From Macrostomum lignano (Eukaryota): a stretch of 64,000 nucleotides of DNA. The first letter of the stretch is position 1; each line of letters starts with the position of its first letter. The position numbers were made by a program, and so were the translations under genes. The DNA lies in the NCBI GenBank assembly GCA_002269645.1, contig NIVC01001842.1:124001-188000 (forward strand), given 5' to 3'. Of this stretch, positions 52,412 through 64,000 are shown piece by piece. The notes under the pieces were generated by a model, which did not search any database, was not told where the DNA came from, and saw nothing but the letters and a program-made list of their open reading frames with translations.

Positions 52412-53399
52412 GTTGATATTTGGATGGCCAATTTTAGCATGATTTGAGTGACGTCATAAATGATACTTGAGTAATTTTCCAATGCTACCCATTGAGTCTA
52501 GATGACTGTTAAATGAAGCTAAATGATTACTAGATGATGATTGATGATACAAAATGATGATTAGATGATTGATGACGCTAAATGATAACTAGATGATTGA
52601 TGAAGCTAGATGATTATTAGATGATGACTGATGATGCCAAATGATTATTAGATAATAATTGATAATGAATGATAACTTTGATATTATGATACAGTATTTA
52701 AAATCCCTAATTGCTAAGAATTACTAGCAGCTCTTAAATTCTGATAAATTACACCAACAACATAGATATCAATAACAGTAAAATAGAATCCACTGTCAAG
52801 AGGACAGATTCAAATAAAAAATGAATCGAAATGCACCTAAATTCGATTTTGAATGACCGCTACTTATAGTAGTAGCAGTGGTATTATTATTATTAGCTCG
52901 ATTTCAACAAATAAATTGCCAACCAAGTAAATTACCAACATACAAATCGAACGAATGTTGTTTTTTGAAAAGTAGAAAACATTGAATTATTAAAGAACAA
53001 AACAGTTCTGCGAATCGATGACGTTTGTCAGGTAAAAAACTTTTTTTGCTCAGCGGAAGATCTAGAATAATGCAACTTATTAGAATCCAATAAAGCTGGT
53101 GGACAAACAGCGAACGCTTATTGTATATTAATTTATTATTTACTAGGAAAATAGATATACCACGAAAGCAAAGCAGACAAATACACAAGCCTTTGGATAC
53201 CTTTAATGTTTTAAGTCTTGGGCAAGTTATAGAAAACTTTCTGTAAAGGCTCTTTTAAATCGTAGCATGCTACTAAATAACAAGGTGAACTAAAATAAAC
53301 GGTAAAAAAATGATTTGGATCACTTGGAATGGAGAGCAGCTAGAGAGATACATAGAAAAACACAGAGAGTGGCTGAAATAAATCTATAAGGAAAGGAGA

Positions 53400-53780
53400 G
53401 AAGAGATATTGTGAGAGTGAGGAGAGGGAGAAAGGAGGAAGAGGGGAGAAGAGATACACAGAGAAGAGAAGAGAGGGAGAAGAGATAGACAGAGAAGAGA
53501 GGGAGAAGAGATAGACAGAGAAGAGAAGAGAGGGAGAAGAGATGAGATAGACAGAAAAGAGAGGGAGAAGAGATAGACAGAAAAGAGAAGAGAGGGAGAA
53601 GAGATGAGATAGACAGAAAAGAGAGGGAGAAGAGATAGACAGAAAAGAGAAGAGAGGGAGAAGAGATAGACAGAAAAGAGAGGGAGAAGAGATACACAGA
53701 GAAGAGAAGAGAGGGAGAAGAGATACACAGAGAAGAGAAGAGAGGGAGAAGAGATATAGAGAGAAGAGACGCAGAAGAAA
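53400..53780. repeat. GA-rich low-complexity tandem repeat
   Basis: AGAGAAGAGAGGGAGAAGAGATAGAC-like units. They explain the Ser/Leu/Phe-rich ORFs. Confidence 0.85.
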
Positions 53781-54104
53781 AGATGGAATGCTTGAGACCA
53801 AGAGACTGTTGTGAAGTACACCAGAAACGCGAATGTGAGAGAGAGATGGAGCAAAGCCATAGGCTATTGTAGCGAAACTGACACAGCAAAATGCGAAGCA
53901 AACAAAAGACACAAAGGACAAACAACAACAACACTGAAAACACAGACTAGCAGAAGGGACACTTGGAAATGCGGGCACAATGACTGATATTACACCGTAT
54001 TCTATAAACTGAGACCACGATTACACACGCGAGAGTACGAGAATTATATTATAGTATAGTTATTATTATTATTATACCAGTTTGACAAGGTAATTTTTTT
54101 TAGT

Positions 54105-57100
54105 TCAAGCCTCATCAGCCAACACAGCTCGCAGGTAATTGCCCAGACAGATCTCCGGTTCCTGATTTTGTTCGTAACTCTGAATAAACGCGTGCTTCAA
54201 CAGGCTCTCTAAGCCCAGCCGTTCTTTAGGATTTTTGCGCAGACAACAATCCACAAAGTCGCAGATATTTTCACTGAAAGCAAAGCTGGGCAGCTTCGGC
54301 GGCTGCTGATAGACAATGTAGGATAGCAGCTCGAATATGGCCATCTGCTTCGGCCCGTTCTGGGGCGGCTCCATGCCTGCGGTAGCGAGGGGGCGATTCT
54401 TAGTATTGATATACAGTATTACGAGTATGATACTGCTTTCTGGGGCGATTCTCAATGTTTTTGGGGCGATTCTCAATGTTTTTGGGGCGATTATCGATGA
54501 TTTCTTGGGGCGATTTTCAATGTTTTTGAGGCGATTCTCGATGTTTTTGGGGCGATTCTCGATGATTTCTTGGGGCGATTTTCAATGTTTTTGGGGCGAT
54601 TCTCAATGTTTTTGGGGCGATTCTCAATGTTTTGGGGCGATTCTCAATGATTTCTTGGAACGATTTTCAATGTTTTTGGGGCGATTCTCAATGATTTCTT
54701 GGGGCGATTCTCAATGATTTCTTGGGGCGATTCTCAATGTTTTCTTGGGGCGATTCTCACTGCTTTTTAGGGGCGATTCTCACTGCTTTTTAGGGGCGAT
54801 TCTCACTGCTTTTTAGGGGCGATTCTTAATGTTTTCTTGGGGCGATTCTCACTGCTTTTTAGGGGCGATTTTAACTGATTTTAGGAGCGATTCTCACCGC
54901 TTTTTGGGATGATTCTTAATGTTTTCTTGGGGCGATTCTCACTGCTTTTTTGGGGCGATTCTCACTGTTTTAGGGGTGATTCTCACTGCTTTCATTTCTA
55001 GAACCAATGTCAAAGGGTGATGAAAACAGCTTTTAAAATGTCAGATTCGCACATAAATTCTAAGTTTCAGACAGTTTAAAATTATGCATAAAAATGTCAG
55101 TCTAAATTTCTAAGAAATGCATACACATTCGCAACGTTGCGCTTTTTTATCTTCCTGGATTAGTTCTGATTTTTATTCTGCCTTCTACTCAGTCCTTTCA
55201 GAGTGCTGAGTGGCGTGCAGAAGTGGAGCTTTGTAAAACGGGGATTAAGCGAAAAAGAAATCGCCGAGCAGCATGGGAACTGGCCAAGATGATCACAAGA
55301 TGACGAGAGAGACGGACAGAGCATATTGGACGCACTTTTATTTTGAACACCAAACCGACAGCGGGTGCCGAACAAGGCTAGGATGATTGAGTTTTTCGAG
55401 GGGCAATTCTACAGACAAATATTGCATATCGATGCTCTTTGCAATGTCCTGAGATCATGAAGAGTGACGGGATGCATTAATTAACAAGCAAAATCTATTT
55501 CATTAAAATGATGATTTTAAGTGCGATGTCAGGATGATACTAAATGTGATGTCAGGATGATACTAAATTCGATGTCAGGATGATACTAAATGTGATGTCA
55601 GGATGATACTAAATGTGATGTCAGGATGATACAAAATGTGATGTCAGGATGCTACTAAATGTGATGTCAGGATGATACTAAATTCGATGTCAGGATGATA
55701 CTAAATGTGATGTCAGGATGATACTAAATGTGATGTCAGGATGATACAAAATGTGATGTCAGGATGCTACTAAATGTGATGTCAGAATGATACTAAATGT
55801 GATGTCAGGATGATACAAAATGTGATGTCAGGATGCTACTAAATGTGATGTCAGGATGATACTAAATGTGATGTCAGGATGATACAAAATGTGATGTCAG
55901 GATGCTACTAAATGTGATGTCAGGATGATACAAAATGTGATGTCAGGATGCTACTAAATGTGATGTCAGGATGATACTAAATTCGATGTCAGGATGATAC
56001 TAAATGTGATGTCAGGATGATACTAAATGTGATGTCAGGATGATACAAAATGTGATGTCAGGATGCTACTAAATGTGATGTCAGAATGATACTAAATGTG
56101 ATGTCAGGATGATACTAAATGTGATGTCAGGATGCTACTAAATGTGATGTCAGGATGATACAAAATGTGATGTCAGGATGCTACTAAATGTGATGTCAGG
56201 ATGCTACTAAATGTGATGTCAGGATGATACTAAATGTGATGTCAGGATGATACAAAATGTGATGTCAGGATGATACTAAATGTGATGTCAGAATGATACT
56301 AAATGTGATGTCAGGATGATACAAAATGTGATGTCAGGATGATACTAAATTTGATGTCAGGATGCTACTAAATGTGATGTCAGGATGCTACTAAATGTGA
56401 TGTCAGGATGCTACTAAATGTGATGTCAGGATGATACTAAATGTGATGTCAGGATGATACTAAATGTGATGTCAGGATGCTACTAAATGTGATGTCAGAA
56501 TGATACTAAATGTGATGTCAGAATGATACTAAATGTGATGTCAGGATGATACTAAATGTGATGTCAGGATGATACAAAATGTGATGTCAGGATGATACTA
56601 AATGTGATGTCAGAATGATACTAAATGTGATGTCAGGATGATACAAAATGTGATGTCAGGATGATACTAAATTTGATGTCAGGATGCTACTAAATGTGAT
56701 GTCAGGATGCTACTAAATGTGATGTCAGGATGATACTAAATGTGATGTCAGGATGCTACTAAATGTGATGTCAGGATGCTACTAAATGTGATGTCAGGAT
56801 GCTACTAAATGTGATGTCAGGATGATACTAAATGTGATGTCAGGATGATACTAAATGTGATGTCAGAATGATACTAAATGTGATGTCAGAATGATACTAA
56901 ATGTGATGTCAGGATGATACTAAATGTGATGTCAGGATGCTACTAAATGTGATGTCAGGATGCTACTAAATGTGATGTCAGGATGATACTAAATGTGATG
57001 TCAGGATGCTACTAAATGCGATGTCAGGATGCTACTAAATGCGATGTCAGAATGATACTCTCGCTCACCTCTCAGCCGCGTGCCGTTAACAGCGGCCTCT

Positions 57101-60100
57101 CTGTGCTCGGCCAGATTTCTTTGGCGGTCGCTGCTGAAAGCGCTGGTGTAGTCCCGGCTATCCGGCTGCGGAATGGGATAGCGACCAGTGGCCAGCTCGA
57201 CCAGGCTTAGGCCCATAGACCAAACGTCAGACAATATTGAGTACTCTTCGCCATTGAGTCGTTCCGGCGCCATATAGGACCGGGTGCCAACGAAACTGTT
57301 GGCCAGACTGTCGATTAGCTGGCCGGAGACACCAAAATCGCACAGTTTGCAGTCGCCTTCCAGACTAACCAGGATGTTGGAGGGCTTCACGTCTCTAGAA
57401 ATATTTATGATGGATATATTGATTAGACCTACTTGGCTGAATGAAGCATCAATTATGAGGGACATCTTGTATTGCCTCTAATATACATATAGGTCTGTCT
57501 GACGCCAATTAGGAATGCTGTAGACTTGTGTCGCTAATGATGTCGTCAATTGTGTCGCTAATGATGTCGTCAATTGTGTCACTAATAATGTCGTTAATTG
57601 TGTCGCTAATAATGTCGTCAATCGTGTCACTAATGATGTCGTCAATTGTGTCACTAATGATGTCGTCAATTGTGTCACTAATAATGTCGTCAATTGTGTC
57701 GCTAATAATGTCGTCAATTGTGTCGCTAATAATGTCGTCAATTGTGTCGCTAATAATGTCGTCAATTGTGTCGCTAATAATGTCGTCAATTGTGTCACTA
57801 ATAATGTCGTCAATTGTGTCGCTAATAATGTCGTCAATTGTGTCGCTAATAATGTCGTCAATTGTGTCGCTAATAATGTCGTCAATTGTGTCGTTAATAA
57901 TTTCGTCAATTGTGTCGCTAATGATGTCGTCAATCGTGTCACTAATGATGTCGTCAATTGTGTCACTAATGATGTCGTCAATTGTGTCATTAATAATGTC
58001 GTCAATTGTGTCGCTAATAATGTCGTCAATTGTGTCACTAATGATGTCGTCAATTGTGTCGCTTATAATGTCGTCAATTGTGTCGCTAATAATTTCGTCA
58101 ATTGTGTCGCTAATAATTTTGTCAATTGTGTCGCTAATAATGTCGTCAATTGTGTCGCTAATAATGTCGTCAATTGTGTCGCTAATAATGTCGTCAATTG
58201 TGTCGCTAATAATGTCGTCAATTGTGTCGCTAATAATGTCGTCAATTGTGTCGTTAATAATTTCGTCAATTGTGTCGCTAATGATGTCGTCAATTGAGTC
58301 GCTAATAATGTCGTCAATTGTGTCGCTAATGATGTCGTCAGCTGTGACGCTAATGATGTCGTCAGTTGTGACGGTAATGATGATGCTGAATTGTGACGCT
58401 AATGATGATGCTGAATTGTGACGCTAATGATGCTGACTTGTGGTGCCAATTTAGATTGACTATTGATGCAAATTGAATGTAAAAACCTGGGTTGCCCATA
58501 CTTCTAGTATTAAAAGAGAGCATCGATGAACTTTATTTACTTGGCCGGAAAGGATTCCTCACAGAGCCCTATAGAGCTAGCAGTTACATGTAGTAGCAGT
58601 CATGTCGGACTGGTTTTCAAAGCGTCAAATGCTCGTATTGTATAAGCACTATGGACTATAGAAATCGCAGAAGCAGAGCAGAAAGGCGTGCGCAGATTTC
58701 ATGACACAGTCTATTTTGCATCTCTAAGAGTTGCAAGTAGGTGAAGCCTAAGTTGCTAAGCCGATTGTTGTCATGGCAACCTCAAGAATAAGCAGCTAGA
58801 CGTCTGGAACTTTTATTGTTGAATTCAAAGGCTTACGCGCACAATAGGGATATCCAATGCGTTTTTGTGACGACAAAAAATTCTAACTGCCTCAATGAGA
58901 GCATTTTCCATCCTTTGTAATAATATCTTATCGTAATAATAATCTTATCTCAGGCGCTGTCATCCTGTTCGTACCCCCCCATCAAAGCATCCGTACCCTA
59001 GCAAAGACTAATTGACAACCGTCGTAACTAGCCTATGCAACCAGTGCAGCGGCAATGTAACTCTTCACTATATCCCCAGTGCCTCTCTCGTCTCTTATCT
59101 TTTAACATCTACATACCTAATAAGCTTATGCGATACTCAGACTGTCTCTTCTCATATCTACCACTGTCTCTTCTCATATCTACCACTGACTTTTCTCATA
59201 TCTACACTGTCGATTCTAATATCTACCACTGTCGATTCTCATATCTACCACTGTTTCTTCTCATATCTACCACTGTTTCTTCTCATATCTACCACTGTCT
59301 CTTCTCATATCTACCACTGTTTCTTCTCACATCTACCACTGTCTCTTCTCATATCTACCACTGTTTCTTCTTATATCTACCACTGTTTCTTCTCTTCTCT
59401 ACCACTGTCTCTTCTCATATCTACCAGTCTCTTCTCTTCTCTACCACTGTTTCTTCTTATATCTACCACTGTCTCTTCTCTTTTCTACCACTCTCTCTTC
59501 TCATAGCTACCACTGTCTCTTCTCATAACTACTGTCTCTTCTCATATCTACCACTGTCTCTTCTCAAATCTACCACGTTCTCTTCTCAAATCTACCACTT
59601 CCTCTTCTCATATCTACCACTGTCTCTTCTCAAATCTACCACGTTCTCTTCTCAAATCTACCACTTTCTCTTCTCATATGTACCACTGTCTCTTCTCTTT
59701 TCTATCAATGTCTTCTCATATCTACCACTGTCTCTTCTCATATCTACCACTGTCTATTCTCTTTTTTATCAATGTCTTCTCATATCTACCACTGTCTCTT
59801 CTCTTTTCTATCAATGTCTTCTCAACACTACCACTGTCTCTTCTCATATCTATAATGACCTACCTTTGATATCCTGATATCTGCTTCCGTTATTTACACC
59901 ACCAATTTCTTGTCATCATTTAGAACCAATATTAAAAGCACACACGGCCTCACCTATGCAGACAGTTAATATTCTCCCTCAGATAGATGAGCCCCTTGAG
60001 CACGGAACAGCTAATCTTGGCCACAATCGGTTCGGGCAGTCGGCCAGCTTTAGTGAGCACCAGATCGAGCGATCCAGCGTTCATGTACTCCATGCAGATG

Positions 60101-62034
60101 CAGATGGTGGCGGAGGAGTCCACGAAATAGGCGCCGAAGTAGCCGATGATGTAGGGACTGTTGCACGAGTGCAGCACCTGAGGAATTGGAAAAGTGCTTA
60201 TTGAACTTTATTAAACTCAAACCAATTAGGCAGTGATTTTTTTAAGAACCACTAATTTTCCCGAAAATCAGAATTCGAATACATAACCAATTACCTCTGG
60301 TTAAGTTGAAATCCCAAACACAACAAATTGGATCCCAAAAAGAAATCCTAATTCCCACAAATTTGAATACCACTTTTCTAGATCCCAATAAGACATCCAC
60401 CAAATCTCACAAATTCGAACACCATATTTCCAGATCCCAATAAGAAATCCACCAAATCTCACAAATTCGAACACCATATTTCCAGATCCCAATAAGAAAT
60501 CCACCAAATCTCACAAATTCGAACACCATATTTCCAGATCCCAATAAGAAATCCACCAAATCTCACAAATTCGAACACCATATTTCCAGATCCCAATAAG
60601 AAATCCACCAAATCCCACAAATTCTAACACCATACTCCCAGATCCCAATAAGAAATCCCACCAAATCCCACAAATTTGAACACCATACTCCCAGATCCCA
60701 ATAAGAAATCCCACCAAATCCCACAAATTCGAACCCCATATTTCCAGATCCCAATAAGAAATCCACCAAATCCCACAAATTTGAATACCATATTTCCAGA
60801 TCCCAATAAGAAATCCACCAAATCCCACAAATTCGAACACCATACTCCCAGATCCCAATAAGAAATCCCACCAAATCCCACAAATTTGAACACCATACTC
60901 CCAGATCCCAATAAGAAATCCCACCAAATCCCACAAATTTGAACACCATACTCCCAGATCCCAATAAGAAATCCACCAAATCCCACAAATTTGAACACCA
61001 TACTCCCAGATCCCAATAAGAAATCCCACCAAATCCCACAAATTCGAACCCCATATTTCCAGATCCCAATAAGAAATCCACCAAATCCCACAAATTTGAA
61101 TACCATATTTCCAGATCCCAATAAGAAATCCACCAAATCCCACAAATTCGAACACCATACTCCCAGATCCCAATAAGAAATCCCACCAAATCCCATAAAT
61201 TTGAACACCATACTCCCAGATCCCAATAAGAAATCCACCAAATCCCACAAATTTGAAAACCATATTCCCAGATTCCAATAAGAAATCCACCAAATCCCAA
61301 AAATTCGAACACCATACTTCCAGATCCCAATAGGAAATCCCACCAAATCTCACAAATTTGAAAACCATATTCCCAGATTCCAAAAAGAAATCCCAAATCT
61401 CACAAATTTGAAAACCATATTCTCGGAATTTCAATAACAAATTTTATATCCCAAAAAATTGAACACCATATTTCCAGATCCCAATAAGAAACCCCAAATC
61501 CCACAAATTCGAATACCATATTCCCAGATCCTAATTAGAAATCCCAAATCCCAGATTAACGTCGTAGCTATCCCGAGACTGAAACTAGAAGTGTAAATTC
61601 CATAAAAGTACAAATTCAACTACTAGTGGAACACGAACCTCCAACTCTCTGATAATCTGGGCCCTAACAGACGGCTTGATTTCCAAATGAATAAGCTTCC
61701 TAGCCATAGCCTGTCTAGTGGGCCTGTGCAGCACCCGTTGAACAACGCCAGAGGATCCGGCGCCCAATTCGGCGATATCGTCAAAGTCTTCGTGACGCAA
61801 TTCGCCTATGCTGCGCTTGCGTTGAACAAATTCTGCCAGACGCTTGCGTTGACTCTCGTCGAGGTCCTGATGGCCCCGCTGCTGCTGCTCCTGCTGCTGT
61901 TGTTTCGCCTGCAGCTGCTGCTGATGCAGACGAAGCTCTAGCGAATTCAAATCGGCGCCGCTTGGCGTGGTTGCTATGGTGAGATTCATCAGGTTGCGCC
62001 GGCTGCCGCAGCCCGAACCGGAGCCAGCCTCCAT
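54105..62034 (-). CDS. MAP2K1: Dual-specificity MAP kinase kinase MEK1/2, 4 exons (62034 or upstream-61639, 60177-59954, 57394-57069, 54376-54105), about 405 aa
   Basis: D-site-like [88 protein letters not shown]. Splice phases 0,2,1 are consistent. The start codon is uncertain because the frame is open to 62172. Confidence 0.93.
54440..54990. repeat. 21-23-bp tandem repeat (TTGGGGCGATTCTCAATGTTT)
   Basis: Direct periodicity adjacent to the last MEK acceptor. Confidence 0.9.
55520..57055. repeat. 23-bp satellite (AGGATGATACTAAATGTGATGTC)
   Basis: About 66 copies, starting about 12 nt after the MEK exon 3 donor. Confidence 0.96.
57525..58440. repeat. 24-bp satellite (GTCAATTGTGTCGCTAATAATGTC)
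   Basis: Direct periodicity giving the IVSLIMSS repeat ORF. Confidence 0.95.
59135..59860. repeat. 22-bp tandem repeat (CTCTTCTCATATCTACCACTGT)
   Basis: Direct periodicity, MEK intron 2. Confidence 0.92.
60340..61555. repeat. 52/53-bp minisatellite
   Basis: Unit CCAGATCCCAATAAGAAATCCACCAAATCTCACAAATTCGAACACCATATTT, MEK intron 1. Confidence 0.95.
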
Positions 62035-62290
62035 GCTGCCGGAACTGCTGACGCTGGTGTTGCTGCTGCTGGCCGCTGCCGCGCCTTCCGCTGCTGCCGA
62101 CGCCGAGCCAGACGGAGGCGACGACGATGGTGTACCAGCGGATTGGCCAGGCACCTGCAGCGACCGCTTCACTGAAGCCGAATTTTGTGTTATTTGAGCT
62201 AATGCTGGTTAAATACAAATAGCTCGTGCGTACTAACAGCACTGAGTATTAGTTTGCTATGTTGTCGAGGCAGAGATGCTGAAGACTTTT

Positions 62291-62830
62291 GGGGATAGTT
62301 TGGTGATGAAGATGCTGGGGATAGTTTGGTGATGAAGATGCTGGGGATAGTTTGGTGATGAAGATGCTGGGGATAGTTTGGTGATGAAGATGCTGGGGAT
62401 AGTTTGGTGATGAAGATGCTGGGGAGAGTTTGGTGATGAAGATGCTGGGGATAGTTTGGTGATGAAGATGCTGGGGAGAGTTTGGTGATGAAGATGCTGG
62501 GGAGAGTTTGGTGATGAAGATGCTGGGGAGAGTTTGGTGATGAAGATGCTGGGGATAGTTTGGTGATGAAGATGCTGGGGATAGTTTGGTGATGAAGATG
62601 CTGGGGAGAGTTTGGTGATGAAGATGCTGGGGAGAGTTTGGTGATGAAGATGCTGGGGATAGTTTGGTGATGAAGATGCTGGGGATAGTTTGGTGATGAA
62701 GATGCTGGGGATAGTTTGGTGATGAAGATGCTGGGGATATTTTGGTAATGAAGATGCTGGGGATAGTTTAGTGATGAAGATGCTGAGGATAGTTTAGTGA
62801 TGCTGGGATAGTTTAGTGCCGCTGGGATTG
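62291..62830. repeat. 26-bp tandem repeat (GGGGATAGTTTGGTGATGAAGATGCT)
   Basis: Direct periodicity upstream of the first MEK coding exon. Confidence 0.94.
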
Positions 62831-63684
62831 CTTGGTGATGAAGGTGCGGGGATCGTTTAGTGATAAAAATTTTGTGGATTGTTCTAAAATAATAATCGCT
62901 TCAGAATAATCTAAAATATAAAAATAAATCGTTCAAATTTTACCTAGTTAATTTAAAAATTAACAAAAACATTTTACTAGACAAACAGCAGATAGTTTAA
63001 ACCAAAATAATTACCCTGCAACAAGTTGTCGGAACAGGTGCGCAAAGTTGAACCAAACGTTTGAAATCTATGCTTGTTAAACATGTCGGGCTATATTTTA
63101 GATTTTTATCAGTTCAAATTAAGCTTTATAGAAACAGTCACTTTTAATAGAACAGAAATAGTGCTGGGTGGCGGGCAAGAGTATAAAGAGTAAAATTGGA
63201 AGTTGGAACACGATCAAATCTTTCTTATCTTCAGTAAAGCTTCTATCCAACGCGCTGAGCAAGTCGAATGAGTTAATACACTGCACTGCTTCAACAGAGA
63301 GAGAGAGATGCGGGATAAGAAGCTTGCTAGCTCGATAATCCCTAATGGTACCCCCCGGAGAGATGCGGGGCGGGGGAGAGAGGCAGAGAAAGATGACGAA
63401 TAGAAAGAGGGAAGCAAATGAGGGAGAAGAAGAGGGATGAAGAGGAAGAAGAGACCGTTTTCTTGGCCTCGGGGGCGACAACGGCCTAGTAATAATAGAA
63501 TGCAGTTGGTGTGCACAGGGCGGCGGCTTAAGCCTTAGAAGCGACAGTAAAGAGACTTCTACACCAGTGCTATGCTAACACAATTTCGAGATCATAATGA
63601 GAAATTACTAAACCCAAAACTCTGTTCGCGTTACGCTCGTAGTTAATTACATAACTTGCCTCGACTGAACTGGATTCTATAGCG

Positions 63685-64000
63685 CGAGATTGCCTCAGTT
63701 ACAGTGGTGGATTGAGCGAGATTGCCTCAGGGACAGGGGTGATTTCTGTGAGATTACCTTGCTCAGGGCAAGAGGAGATTTCTGCGAGATTGCCTCAGGG
63801 ACAGGGGCGATTTCTGTGAGATTGCCTTGCCTCAGGGCAAGAGGAGATTTCTGTGAGACTGCCTCAGGGCAAGAGGAGATTTCTGCGAGATTGCCTTAGG
63901 GCAAGGGGAGATTTCTGCGAGATTGCCTCAGGGCAAGGGCCTCAGGGCAAGAGGAGATTTCTGCGAGATTGCCTCAGGGCAAGAGGAGATTTCTGCGAGA
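63685..64000. repeat. About 32-bp tandem repeat (GAGATTGCCTCAGGGCAAGAGGAGATTTCTGC), runs off the window edge
   Basis: Direct periodicity. Confidence 0.88.

Noticed and set aside
63119-63516. ORFs upstream of MEK as a possible additional gene
   Set aside because: They derive from purine-rich low-complexity sequence and show no recognisable domain or supported splice chain.

Overview
AT-rich, repeat-dense animal genomic DNA with GC-rich spliced exons, GT-AG introns as short as 46 nt, and tandem arrays in most large introns. The style suggests a free-living flatworm such as Macrostomum, but that is inference only. I reconstructed seven host genes by hand from splice sites and reading-frame phase, all on the minus strand: a secreted PAN/C-type-lectin protein, a 7-exon DEG/ENaC channel spanning 12257-30853, a PAN/fibrinogen-domain gene nested in intron 1 of that channel, a KCNQ1-type K+ channel, SRPRB, a FAM107-like protein and MEK1/2. 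Mobile DNA includes a 5'-truncated RTE-like LINE with a 12-bp TSD, an internally deleted Tc1 element, a decayed tyrosine-recombinase (Ngaro/DIRS-like) retrotransposon, a 3.1-kb TIR element carrying a Gypsy 3' end, and two tRNA-derived SINE families. The main finding is that the DEG/ENaC gene appears to carry a Kremen-like kringle + WSC module pair in its extracellular finger region, encoded by two symmetrical phase-1 exons. A same-strand nested gene in intron 1 has phase-compatible PAN and fibrinogen exons. Gene models are manual and lack transcript support. Repeat boundaries are approximate.
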